64,000 nucleotides of DNA, taken from the NCBI GenBank assembly GCA_021297895.1, contig JAJTHN010000039.1:13090-77089 (forward strand), given 5' to 3'. The stretch comes from Phycisphaeraceae bacterium (lineage in GTDB: Bacteria; Planctomycetota; Phycisphaerae; Phycisphaerales; UBA1924). Below, one piece after another: positions 7,866-17,324 of this stretch. Numbering within the stretch: position 1 is the first letter of the stretch; each line of letters opens with the position of its first letter. Made by a program: the position numbers and the translations under genes. Below the pieces are notes generated by a model. It was not told where the DNA came from, did not search any database, and was given only the letters and a program-made list of their open reading frames with translations.

Positions 7866-9575
7866 ATGTTCGTCACCGGAACAAATCCCGTTGTCACGCT
7901 CAGGACCGCGCCGGCCGCGCGGCGGCGCGACCTTCGCGGGCGCGCCGGGCGACGGGGGAACATTCTGCTGGGCTTTGCGATCCTGTTGTTCGCGATCTTC
8001 GCGCTGGCCGCCCTGGTGATCGACCTTGGCGTTCGGAGCATGACGCAGCGACAGATGCAAACCGCCGTGGACGCCGCGGCGGTCGAAGGCCTGCGTTTTC
8101 GCGATGATCCTTCGACGCTGACCCCGGACATCGATCGTCGCGTTCGTGCCAGTCAGGTGGTCGCGGCGACCTTTGACGCGGACGGCGACCTGACGACGAC
8201 CCCCGCCGACACGAACATCGGTGCGGGGCCGCTGCTTCGGACGACATCCAATGTTGCTGCCATCGGCAACAACGACCTTGACGCGAACGCGCTGCTGAGC
8301 ATCGGCGACCCGGCGTTCCCGACCGCCCAGCGCGTCTGGGTCAATCGCCGCACCGGCCCCGCGGGCCAGCCGCTCTGGCTCGAGCTCAATCTGGATAGCA
8401 CGATCGGCGGTTCATCCCCCGACAACGAGATTCACGGCGACATCGTCGCGGGGACGTTCGTCGACGGTCAGCCCCACAGCGATGGCCGATTCGTCGGCGG
8501 CGTGTGGCAGCCCTACAACCGCCAGGACTTTACGAATGTCGGCGACTCGGCCCTCCTGGTCCGCATGCGTCGCACCAACGACGTTTCGGGCCTTGACCGC
8601 GTTCCGGGCGTGAGCGCGGGCGGTCCGGTGGTGCCGTTCCTGTTCGGCCGTGGGTCGCTGCTGCAGAGCGACGGAACCGCCGGCAACTCGCCGCGGCGCG
8701 AGGGCATGAGCGTTCGGGCGACGGCGATCGCCGACGCTCAGCCCGCGATGACCGTCGGCACGCTCGATCCGTTCCGCACGATCGACGGCGTCGGCCCGGT
8801 TGCGATCGCCTTGGACACGTGGACCGCGCTTGTCACCGGAACACCGGTGAACGTCACCATTCAGAGCGACGGCACGCTGATCTTTCCGTCCGGCAGCGGC
8901 GGGGCGATGGTTCGCACCGCGGTGCTCGCCGCGGCGATGACCGCCGCGGACACCACGATGCAGGTTGTTTCGAGCGATGGCTTTGTCGATCCCGCGATCG
9001 ATGGCCCGTATCGCGTCTGGGTGGGGCCGGAACTCGTCGAAGTGACCGCCTGGACAACGCCGACGACGTGGACCGTTACGCGAGCGATTCAGGGCACGAC
9101 CGCGGTTGCCCACGGCGTTTCGCCGACGCGCACTCGTGTGATGCTCGCCGCGGCGCTCGGCTTCGCCCGCAACTTGACTCCGCTCGTCGGCGGCACGCTC
9201 GCGCCGGATCCCGGCCCACCGATCGTCACGCCCGTGCTGCCGCTGCTGGCCGACACCGAGACCTTCTGGGCCCCGGTGTACGCAACGCAGGCGCAGGTTC
9301 CCTCGCTCGGCGCGACCGACCGGGCCGTGCTGTTCTTCGCCCGAGTCACGGTCGCACGCCAGACCGCCGGTGTGGACTTCGAAGTGTTCACCGTGACTCG
9401 TGAGGCCGGGCGCATCGCCCCGCAGAACGCTTCTAGCGTGCTCGCCCGCTCGATCCCCCTTGATTACTCGGGCACGGTGCTCGAGGATCTTCTGGCCGCT
9501 CGCACCGTCGCGAACCCCGTCGCGAGCGGCGGGGTCGCCGCCCCGGCATTGCGCCGGGCCTACGGCTTTGAGTGA
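7866..9575 (+). CDS. tadG: TadG-like pilus assembly protein (569 aa)
   Basis: N-terminus RRGNILLGFAILLFAIFALAALVIDLGVRSMTQRQMQTAVDAAAVEG matches the TadE/G-like N-terminal helix. It is followed by a large Thr/Gly/Val-rich extracellular-type region. Confidence 0.7.
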   Translation: MFVTGTNPVVTLRTAPAARRRDLRGRAGRRGNILLGFAILLFAIFALAALVIDLGVRSMTQRQMQTAVDAAAVEGLRFRDDPSTLTPDIDRRVRASQVVAATFDADGDLTTTPADTNIGAGPLLRTTSNVAAIGNNDLDANALLSIGDPAFPTAQRVWVNRRTGPAGQPLWLELNLDSTIGGSSPDNEIHGDIVAGTFVDGQPHSDGRFVGGVWQPYNRQDFTNVGDSALLVRMRRTNDVSGLDRVPGVSAGGPVVPFLFGRGSLLQSDGTAGNSPRREGMSVRATAIADAQPAMTVGTLDPFRTIDGVGPVAIALDTWTALVTGTPVNVTIQSDGTLIFPSGSGGAMVRTAVLAAAMTAADTTMQVVSSDGFVDPAIDGPYRVWVGPELVEVTAWTTPTTWTVTRAIQGTTAVAHGVSPTRTRVMLAAALGFARNLTPLVGGTLAPDPGPPIVTPVLPLLADTETFWAPVYATQAQVPSLGATDRAVLFFARVTVARQTAGVDFEVFTVTREAGRIAPQNASSVLARSIPLDYSGTVLEDLLAARTVANPVASGGVAAPALRRAYGFE

Positions 9576-9691
9576 TTCGCAGTATCATCCCCGCTGAACC
9601 CGTCGGCCCTCCGACGAACGCCGAAGACTTCGAACCAGTTTGAATCGACCAGACCAACGAATCGCACGCTCCGACAAGCAGGAAGGCACCC

Positions 9692-10897
9692 GTGGACAAG
9701 AAGAACCCCAAGATCCTCATCGTCGGCCCTGACCGCACGCTCCAGCGCGAAGTGGAGTCCGCCCTCGCGGCGATCGAGGACATCAACCCCGTGACGATCT
9801 ACGCGCCCGACTTCCGTCAGGGCATCGAGAGCGCGCGCAACCGCCGCCCCGAGATGGCGCTGGTCGAGATGGGCCGCGACAACCGCTATCTCCGCATGTT
9901 CGTTGAGGAAGTGGGGGCTGCCTCGCCCGAGACGGCGATCGCGGCGGTCTTCCACCCGTCGACTTTCTCGGAGCACGCCAGCGAGTCCGAGGTCGTCATC
10001 GAGGCCCTGCGCCTGGGTGTGCAGGACTTCCTGCGCCGGCCGATTTCGTCCAAGGACCTGGAGCAGTTCCTCCAGCGCACGTTCAAGTACGCCGTGGGCC
10101 GCCAGAGCCAGCAGGGCATTATCGCGACCTTCTTCTCGAACAAGGGCGGCGTGGGCAAGAGCACCCTGGCGGTCAATGTCGCCTGTGCGCTGGGCAAGAC
10201 GGCGCCGGGCCGCGTCCTGCTGGTCGACGGCTCGCTGCAGATGGGCGTGTGCGCCAACCTGCTCGATATGACGCCCCGCACGAGCATCATGGACGCTGTC
10301 CGCGAGCGGGATCGTCTGGATGAGACGCTGGTCCGCGAACTGTCGGTCCTGCACGAGCCGTCCGGCGTGCACCTGCTGGCCGCTCCGGCCGACGCGGTCG
10401 AGGCGAGCAAGGTCGATGACGAGCTCATGTCGCGCGTGCTGACCTTGGCGCGTCGCGCGTTCGACTATGTGGTCGTCGATACCTTCCCGATGCTCGACTC
10501 GGTGATGATGGCCGTGCTTGATCTGGCTGATCGCCGGTTCCTGGTCACCGAAAGCGTGGTCCCGACGCTCCGCGGCGCGCTGCGTCTGCTCAAGACCCTC
10601 GACGATGTCCGCATCCCGAGCGAAGGCCGTCGGATCGTGCTCAACCGCTACAGCACGTTCGACGGCAATCTGCGTCCGGACGATGTGGCCAAGCGCATCG
10701 GCAGCGCCGTTGAGCACGTGGTTCCCTATCAGAAAAAACTGCTGGTCGCGGCAAACCTCGGTACGCCGTACATCTTCTCCGCGGGCGTCGCGTCCGACTT
10801 CCGCCGCGCCATCGGCAAGATTGTCGAGGACATCCAGGGCGCTCGCACGGGGAGCCGGTCGTCCGGTGCCCGCAGCACCAAAGAGGTGAACGCGTGA
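9692..10897 (+). CDS. cpaE: TadZ/CpaE: atypical receiver domain plus ParA/MinD-like ATPase
   Basis: Deviant Walker A FFSNKGGVGKSTLAVN. The N-terminal receiver-like fold lacks the phospho-Asp (MALVEM). GTG start. Confidence 0.85.
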   Translation: MDKKNPKILIVGPDRTLQREVESALAAIEDINPVTIYAPDFRQGIESARNRRPEMALVEMGRDNRYLRMFVEEVGAASPETAIAAVFHPSTFSEHASESEVVIEALRLGVQDFLRRPISSKDLEQFLQRTFKYAVGRQSQQGIIATFFSNKGGVGKSTLAVNVACALGKTAPGRVLLVDGSLQMGVCANLLDMTPRTSIMDAVRERDRLDETLVRELSVLHEPSGVHLLAAPADAVEASKVDDELMSRVLTLARRAFDYVVVDTFPMLDSVMMAVLDLADRRFLVTESVVPTLRGALRLLKTLDDVRIPSEGRRIVLNRYSTFDGNLRPDDVAKRIGSAVEHVVPYQKKLLVAANLGTPYIFSAGVASDFRRAIGKIVEDIQGARTGSRSSGARSTKEVNA

Positions 10898-12330
10898 ACG
10901 ACTTCAACCCCGCCCGCCGACCGGGCGATGGCACGCTGCCGCGGGACGCTCTGTCTCGAACGCACCTGACCATCCCCGAGAACCGCATCAAGCCTCGCGA
11001 GAAGCCGGTCCCGACCAGTTTCGAACCCACGGGTGTGGCTCCGGCAACGCCGCGAGTTCGCGGCGTGGGCTACGCCGCGGTCAAGAGCGAGCTTCACGCT
11101 CGACTGCTCGACGAGATCGACGAGCGCAAACTTCTCGAGGCCGATGATCAGGCGCTTGGCGACTATGTCAAGGGCTTCGTCAATCGCCTGCTCGAGACCG
11201 AAGATCTGGCGTTGAACTCCGCCGAGCGTCGTCGTCTTGCCGACGACCTGATGCAGGAAACGCTCGGTGTCGGCCCGCTGGCCCCGCTGATGGCCGACCC
11301 AGCCGTGACGGATATTCTGGTCAACGGCCCTGACCGGGTGTACGTCGAGCGGTTCGGTCGGCTGGAGAAGACCACGGTCCGGTTCCGCGATACGGATCAC
11401 CTCCAGCGGATCATCCAGCGCATCGTCGCCGGCGTCGGTCGTCGCATCGACGAGTCCTCGCCCATGGTCGACGCGCGCCTGCCCGATGGCTCGCGTGTGA
11501 ACGCGACCGTGCCGCCGATCTCGCTCGATGGACCGACGATCTCGATTCGTCGCTTCGGTCGCTTCCGCCTGCGCAACAGCGATCTGCTTCGTTTGGGCAT
11601 GTACTCGCAGCCCGTGGCGACGTTCCTTGAGGCCGCCGTCCGCGGCCGCATGAACATCGTGATCTCCGGTGGTACCGGTGCCGGTAAGTCGACGCTCCTT
11701 GGCGCAATGGCCGAGAGCATCAGCGAGAACGAGCGCATCATCACCATCGAAGACGCGGCGGAACTCGTGCTGGTTCAGGAGCACGTCGTGCGCCTGGAAA
11801 CCCGCCCGCTGAACATCGAAGGCCGCGGCCAGGTCAACACCCGCGACCTGGTCGTCAACGCCCTTCGCATGCGTCCCAACCGCATCATCGTCGGCGAGGT
11901 TCGCGCCGGTGAATCGCTGGACATGCTCCAGGCGATGAACACCGGCCACGATGGCTCACTGACCACCGTCCACGCCAACAGCCCCCGCGACGCTCTGGCC
12001 CGTCTGGAAACCATGGTCCTCATGGCCGGCACCGACCTGCCAAGCCGCGCTATCCGCGAGCAGATTGTTTCGGCCATTCAGCTGGTCGTTCACGTTCGTC
12101 GGTACGAAGACGGCGTGCGCCGTGTCGAGTCCGTCGCGGAGATCACCGGCATGGAGGGCCTGACGCCTCAGCTCCAGGAGATCTTCCGCTTCAAGCGCAA
12201 GGGCCGTTCGGGCCGCAGCATTCAGGGTGAGTTCAGCGCGACGGGCATCGTGCCGCGCTGCCTGGAAGTCATGCGCGAGCGCGATGTCGATGTTCCCCTG
12301 AGCACGTTCCATCCCGAGGGAGCCGCCTAA
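10894..12330 (+). CDS. cpaF: Tad secretion ATPase TadA/CpaF
   Basis: Walker [12 protein letters not shown], Walker B IIVGEVR and a T2SSE-like His box ([12 protein letters not shown]). The start overlaps the cpaE stop (GTGA). Confidence 0.95.
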   Translation: MNDFNPARRPGDGTLPRDALSRTHLTIPENRIKPREKPVPTSFEPTGVAPATPRVRGVGYAAVKSELHARLLDEIDERKLLEADDQALGDYVKGFVNRLLETEDLALNSAERRRLADDLMQETLGVGPLAPLMADPAVTDILVNGPDRVYVERFGRLEKTTVRFRDTDHLQRIIQRIVAGVGRRIDESSPMVDARLPDGSRVNATVPPISLDGPTISIRRFGRFRLRNSDLLRLGMYSQPVATFLEAAVRGRMNIVISGGTGAGKSTLLGAMAESISENERIITIEDAAELVLVQEHVVRLETRPLNIEGRGQVNTRDLVVNALRMRPNRIIVGEVRAGESLDMLQAMNTGHDGSLTTVHANSPRDALARLETMVLMAGTDLPSRAIREQIVSAIQLVVHVRRYEDGVRRVESVAEITGMEGLTPQLQEIFRFKRKGRSGRSIQGEFSATGIVPRCLEVMRERDVDVPLSTFHPEGAA

Positions 12331-13209
12331 GTGGATCGATTGCTCGTACCCATCGTGGTCTTCGTTGCGACGCTCATCATTTTCGGAGCGATCGCGTACG
12401 GCATCATCGTCGCACGGCGCGATCAACGCGCTCTGCGTCGCCTCAACGCCGTCAACGACTTCGAGACCCCGCTTCCGCCGCCGCGCCGAAACGCCAGCGC
12501 GGCCATGCCCCGCTACCGCTGGCTGGTGGTCCTGATCGCGCTCGTCGCGTCGCTGATCATCTTCGGGCTCATCGCGCCCCACTCGGCCGCGGCACTGTTC
12601 GCGATCGTGTTCTTCGCGGTGATCTACCTCGTCGGCGTGCAGCTTGAAGCGATCTACCTCGATCGCCGCCAACTGCGTTTCGAGACCCAGTTGGCCGACT
12701 CGATCGATCTCACCGTTTCATCGCTCAATGCCGGCTCCGGCGTGAACCGGGCCCTTGAGTACGCCGCCCGCGAGTCCCGCGCGCCCTTCCGCCCGGAACT
12801 CGAGGACGTTCTCGCCCGCCTTCGTTTCGGCGATGAACCGCAGCAGGTCTTCAAGAGCATGGTCGACCGCGTGCCGCTCGAGACCGTGCGGCTCTACACG
12901 ACCACGCTTTCGGTGCACTGGGAAGTCGGCGGTTCCCTCGGCCCGACGCTCTCGGCGGTCGGCGCCGCAATCCGCGACCGAATCGAGCTTTCCCGCCGAA
13001 TCCGCTCCATGACCGCTCAGGCCCGCCTGACCGCGATCACGGTTCTGCTCGCGACCTACTTCATCGCCTTTGTGATGTACAACTACAACCCCGAAGCCTT
13101 CCGTCAGATGCTCTCGAATCCCGTTGGCCAGGGGCTCGTCGCCCTTGCCATCTTCATGCAGGCCATCGGCATCTGGTGGTCCGTTTCGATCAGCAAGCCC
13201 CGATTCTGA
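12331..13209 (+). CDS. tadB: Tad inner-membrane platform protein TadB
   Basis: T2SSF-like polytopic protein. GTG start immediately after the cpaF TAA. Position is conserved in Tad loci. Confidence 0.8.
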   Translation: MDRLLVPIVVFVATLIIFGAIAYGIIVARRDQRALRRLNAVNDFETPLPPPRRNASAAMPRYRWLVVLIALVASLIIFGLIAPHSAAALFAIVFFAVIYLVGVQLEAIYLDRRQLRFETQLADSIDLTVSSLNAGSGVNRALEYAARESRAPFRPELEDVLARLRFGDEPQQVFKSMVDRVPLETVRLYTTTLSVHWEVGGSLGPTLSAVGAAIRDRIELSRRIRSMTAQARLTAITVLLATYFIAFVMYNYNPEAFRQMLSNPVGQGLVALAIFMQAIGIWWSVSISKPRF

Positions 13210-13308
13210 TTCCTCCGCGGCAAAGGGCGGTACGCCCAAGCGTTCTTTCCCCGACCTCCGATCCTGTCTTCTCCGCTCCGCTTCCATCCGCCTGATAGAT
13301 CCACCAAC

Positions 13309-14271
13309 ATGAACTCTTGGATCACCATCCTGACTGTCATCGCCGCATGGGCCGCTGTCGCGGTCTTTGCGATTTGGTGGTACCTTCGTCGGGAGGACCG
13401 CAGCCGCGTGCTCGCCCGCTTGGCCGCGCCCGCCGACGAGGCCGAGGCCAAGCGGCTCGCCGACCGCGCCCGGCTCGAGCAGGAGCCGGACGACGAGGAT
13501 CTTCTCGGCAGCGACCCGGTCACGCGATGGCTCGCGCTCAGCGGGTTCCGCGCTCCCGGCGCCGCGTGGATTTTCCTCCTGCTGACCTTTGGCCTTTTCG
13601 TCCTTGGGCTGTTGCTCGCCGGTGCGGTTGAGCAGTCGGGCCTCTTCGCGTCAGCGCGTGAACAGACCGTCACTCTCCCCGGTGGCGTCGGGCGGATCAT
13701 CACGCCGGTGCTCGTCGCTGGACCCTACTTGCTGCTGGTTTTTGTCGCCGCGATTCCGACACTTCTGGTGCGGCGAGCCCGCCAGGCGATCGTCCGCGAG
13801 GTCGAGACCGATCTTCCGATCGTGCTGGATCTCTTCGCGACCCTCGCCGAGGCTGGTCTGGGCTTTGACTCGTCGCTGGAGCGTGTGGTGCGGTCGATGT
13901 CCGCGGATCGGATCCTCGCCCAGGAACTGCGAACCTTCCAGGCCGAGGTGCTCTCGGGCCGTCCGCGGATCAACTGCTTCCGTCGTCTCGCGTACCGCGT
14001 GGACGTCGGCGCACTGAACATGTTTGTTTCCGCCGTGATTCAGGCCGAGCAGTCGGGCTCGGCGATCGCCGGCGTGCTCCGCCGTCAGGCGACGGATCTG
14101 GCCCAGCGCCGTCGCGAGCGGGCGCTGGAGTTCGCCATGACGCTCCCCGTCCGGCGGCTCTTCCCCTTGGTGATCGGCTTTCTCCCCGGTATCTTTATCG
14201 CGGCACTCGGTCCCGCGTTCATGCAGCTCATCTCGCAACTGGACCTGTTCATTCTGGGAACCGGTCGGTGA
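13309..14271 (+). CDS. tadC: Tad inner-membrane platform protein TadC
   Basis: Second T2SSF-like protein (DLPIVLDLFATLAEAGLGFDSSLERV...VIQAEQSGSAIAGVLRRQA). Confidence 0.8.
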   Translation: MNSWITILTVIAAWAAVAVFAIWWYLRREDRSRVLARLAAPADEAEAKRLADRARLEQEPDDEDLLGSDPVTRWLALSGFRAPGAAWIFLLLTFGLFVLGLLLAGAVEQSGLFASAREQTVTLPGGVGRIITPVLVAGPYLLLVFVAAIPTLLVRRARQAIVREVETDLPIVLDLFATLAEAGLGFDSSLERVVRSMSADRILAQELRTFQAEVLSGRPRINCFRRLAYRVDVGALNMFVSAVIQAEQSGSAIAGVLRRQATDLAQRRRERALEFAMTLPVRRLFPLVIGFLPGIFIAALGPAFMQLISQLDLFILGTGR

Positions 14272-14708
14272 CCGCCGCCCGGATCGGTGCGGGCCCTCGA
14301 TGGGGCCTTCGTCGTCAGGGTGATCACGACCTGTTCGTTCACGATCTTCGCCTCGCCGTCAACTTTTTTACTCGACTCAAGGGCCTCCAATTCCGATCCA
14401 GCCTCCCATCTCGTCAAGCCTTACTTCTGGCCCCGTGTTCGTCGGTTCATACGCTGTTTTTGCGCTTTCCGTTGGACCTTGTGTTTCTGGATCGGTCCGG
14501 CACGGCGGTGGGGGTCTACCGCAACGTCGCGCCGTGGAAACTGCTTGTCGCACCGCCCCGGGGCAGCGCTTCATTCGCGGTCCTGGAGACCAATCCGGGT
14601 GAACACTCCCTCGTCCGTGGCGATCGAGTCGAACTGGTCGCCCTCGGCGGGCTTGCATCCTCCCCTCCTCAGTCGCTAATCTCCTTTCCTGTCGCACCTG
14701 AATGCTGA
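14268..14708 (+). CDS. DUF192 (COG1430)-like protein embedded in the Tad operon
   Basis: AVNFFTRLKGLQFRSSLPSRQALLLAPCSSVHTLFLRFPLDLVFLDRSGTAVGVYRNVAPWKL...FAVLETNPGE follows the DUF192 pattern (R-x-GL, then an hF-hh-P-LD-hhFhD core, then hLE-x-x-G). It overlaps tadC by 4 nt and the secretin gene by 7 nt. Confidence 0.65.
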   Translation: MTAARIGAGPRWGLRRQGDHDLFVHDLRLAVNFFTRLKGLQFRSSLPSRQALLLAPCSSVHTLFLRFPLDLVFLDRSGTAVGVYRNVAPWKLLVAPPRGSASFAVLETNPGEHSLVRGDRVELVALGGLASSPPQSLISFPVAPEC

Positions 14709-16618
14709 TCGACGTAAAACCCGACCCGCTTCGCCGCCCTGAGACTCCTATGGCCGCAACGAACGCTCAAACCCGAGTCGTCGCTCCCTCCCGCCGCCCC
14801 GCATCCTTCGGGATGCTCCTTGCCATCTCGGCAGGGTCGATCATGGCCCTCGCCAGCGCCCCGGCGCTGGTGCTGGCCCAGTCGGCGGCTCAGACCCCGT
14901 CCGGTCAGTCGGCCGGGGCGCAACCCGCCAATCAGCCGGCGATGCAGCCCGCGATGCGTCCGGCGGGGACATCGCGCATGGGTGTTCTCGACGCGGCCCG
15001 TCAGCCGGTCGGCATGACGCCGACGCCGAGTCCCGAAACGCTCCGCCGTTTCCAGCAGTATGTCGAGGGCGTGGTCGACACCCAGAACACCCTCGACCTG
15101 ATCTCTGGTCGCCCGCGCATCCTGAAGTTCAGGAAGCCGCCGTCGCGCATCCAGATCCCCGATCTGAGCGTCGCCCGGTTTGATGTCCTCAGCGACTCCG
15201 AGCTCTCCCTGACCGGCCTCGCCGTCGGCGCGACGACGCTGAACATCTGGTTCACCGATCCCGCCCGACCGGACCAGCCCGAGGTGCTCTCGTACCTTGT
15301 CCGCGTTCTGCCGGACCCGGAGGCCAAGGAGCGTATCGACCGCTCGTTCCAGGCCCTTCAGGATGAGATCAACGGCGCGTTCCCGCGCAGCCAGGTTCGG
15401 CTCGCGCTGGTCGGCGACACGGTGCTGGTTGAGGGCCAGGCCCACGACGTGACCGAAGCTTCTCGCATCATCCAGATCGTCGAGGCCAACGCGCCGGTCG
15501 TCGGCACCAGCGTCCCGCTGGATCAGCTCGAGGACACCCCCTCGGGCGTCGGCACGATCAACAACCCCGGTGGCTCCGGCTCCGTGGGCCAGACGATCAC
15601 GCCCGGCCTGCGTCGCTTCGGCCTTACCAACGCCGACGAAAGCCGCGGCGTGGCCGGCAACGCCGCCGTCACCGTCCGCCGTGCGAAGGTCATGAACCTT
15701 CTGCGCGTCCCCGGCCAGCAGCAGGTCATGCTCCGTGTGACCGTGGCCGAAGTCAACCGAGCCGCCTCTCGCGCGATCGGCCTGAACTTCTCCATCACCA
15801 ACAACAGCGGCGTCAACATCTTCCGCAGCCTCACCGGCGGCATCCTCACCGGTGGAAGCTCGAACCTGCCCGTCCTGCTCGACAACGGCCAGATCAACCT
15901 GGCCATCCAGGCCCTCCGCGGCCTGTCGTACGCCCGCTCGCTGGCCGAGCCGAACCTCGTCGCCATGAACGGCCAGACCGCGTCGTTCCAAGCCGGCGGT
16001 GAGTTCCCGGTCCCGGTCGTCACCGGCGCCACCAACACGGGCCTGCAGGGTGTCGAGTTCGTGCCCTTCGGCGTGCAGCTCCGCTTCACCCCGTTCATCT
16101 CTGATGGCAACCGCATCCGACTGAACGTCGCCGCGGAAGTCAGCACCCGAAACACCAGCACCGGCGCGACCGTCGGCGGCTCGTCGGTCTCCGGCCGCGA
16201 CACCCGGAATTTCTCGACCGTCGTCGAGCTCCGCTCCGGCCAGACCATGGCCGTCGCGGGTCTCATTCAGACGACGGTCGGCGGTGGCAGCGACAAGGTC
16301 CCCGGCGCGGGCGACCTGCCCGTCGTCGGCTGGCTCTTCGGCAGCCAGCGCACCAGCAGCAACGAGCAGGAACTCGTGATCCTCGTCACGCCCGAGCTCG
16401 TCTCCCCGCTCGACGCGGCGGAGTTGCCCGCCCATCTGCCGGGTTCCGATGTCTTCGAGCCGGATGACATGGAGTTCTATGTGCTCAACCGCCTCGAGAG
16501 CCGCCACAAGGAGGACGCCCGCATGAGCGTTCGCACCGACTGGGATCGGCTCATCCGCACTCGCAGCATCGAGCGCAAGTACATCATCGGCCCGACCGGC
16601 CATAGCGACGGCCGCTGA
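14702..16618 (+). CDS. cpaC: Tad secretin RcpA/CpaC
   Basis: Signal peptide; BON-like and secretin N domains; secretin core (LAEPNLVAMNGQTASFQAGGEFPVPV, VELRSGQTMAVAGLIQ, PGAGDLPVVGWLFGS...ELVILVTPELV). The start could also be the ATG at 14750. Confidence 0.9.
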   Translation: MLIDVKPDPLRRPETPMAATNAQTRVVAPSRRPASFGMLLAISAGSIMALASAPALVLAQSAAQTPSGQSAGAQPANQPAMQPAMRPAGTSRMGVLDAARQPVGMTPTPSPETLRRFQQYVEGVVDTQNTLDLISGRPRILKFRKPPSRIQIPDLSVARFDVLSDSELSLTGLAVGATTLNIWFTDPARPDQPEVLSYLVRVLPDPEAKERIDRSFQALQDEINGAFPRSQVRLALVGDTVLVEGQAHDVTEASRIIQIVEANAPVVGTSVPLDQLEDTPSGVGTINNPGGSGSVGQTITPGLRRFGLTNADESRGVAGNAAVTVRRAKVMNLLRVPGQQQVMLRVTVAEVNRAASRAIGLNFSITNNSGVNIFRSLTGGILTGGSSNLPVLLDNGQINLAIQALRGLSYARSLAEPNLVAMNGQTASFQAGGEFPVPVVTGATNTGLQGVEFVPFGVQLRFTPFISDGNRIRLNVAAEVSTRNTSTGATVGGSSVSGRDTRNFSTVVELRSGQTMAVAGLIQTTVGGGSDKVPGAGDLPVVGWLFGSQRTSSNEQELVILVTPELVSPLDAAELPAHLPGSDVFEPDDMEFYVLNRLESRHKEDARMSVRTDWDRLIRTRSIERKYIIGPTGHSDGR

Positions 16619-16775
16619 TCGCCCCACCTCGTTCGTTCTCATCGTTCTCGTGTTCGCACCGTACCGCGTCACTCTTCCCGACCTCCGACCGCTACGCCGT
16701 CTTTACTGATTCCGTCCCGATGACCATCACCGCCCGCGGCGGGAACCGCCGCCGCCCGGAAGGAAACCGATCACC

Positions 16776-17312
16776 ATGAGCCTCGTTTCCACAATCTCAG
16801 CCCGTCGCGCTCGCGTCCTCCCCTTCGTGCTGCTCTCAGCCGCGGCCGCCGTGGCCGGCGGCTGCGGTGCTCAGCGGCAGGAGGACATCTGCGCCGGCGA
16901 TCTGCCCCGCCCGCTCGGGTCGCACGTCGCCGAGTGGACCGGCCGCCAGACCGCCAAGGCCCGCGGCAGCGAGTTCACGCTGTACCGCTTCCGGTTTCAG
17001 CCCGGCTCGACCGAGCTGACCAACGAGGGTCGCCGCATCATGGCCCGGCTCACGTCCCAGCTCAACAGCGAGGCCTATCCGATCGTCATCGAGCCCGAGG
17101 ACAATAACCCTCAGTTGGACGAAGGTCGCCGTCGCGCGATCGTGAGCATGATCACCCAGGCCCGAATCCTCGATCCGGAGACGCGCGTTGTGATCGCCGC
17201 GCCGACCGCCGAGGGCCTGCGAGGCGAAGAGGCCAACCTCATCAACGACGCGCTGCGCGGCGGCGGTGTTGGTGGCGGCGGCGGCGGCCGTTCCGGTTCC
17301 GGCGGTCGGTGA
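16776..17312 (+). CDS. Lipoprotein of unknown function with Gly-rich tail (candidate RcpB/CpaD-position protein)
   Basis: Lipobox AVAGG|C after a hydrophobic signal. C-terminus is GGGVGGGGGGRSGSGGR. It lies immediately after the secretin gene. Confidence 0.6.
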   Translation: MSLVSTISARRARVLPFVLLSAAAAVAGGCGAQRQEDICAGDLPRPLGSHVAEWTGRQTAKARGSEFTLYRFRFQPGSTELTNEGRRIMARLTSQLNSEAYPIVIEPEDNNPQLDEGRRRAIVSMITQARILDPETRVVIAAPTAEGLRGEEANLINDALRGGGVGGGGGGRSGSGGR

Positions 17313-17324
17313 TATGCTCTGGGC

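Noticed and set aside
16720-16779. 19-codon upstream ORF (MTITARGGNRRRPEGNRSP) whose TGA overlaps the ATG of the lipoprotein gene.
   Set aside because: It is too short and compositionally ordinary to support as coding without conservation or ribosome-profiling data. It has no RBS.
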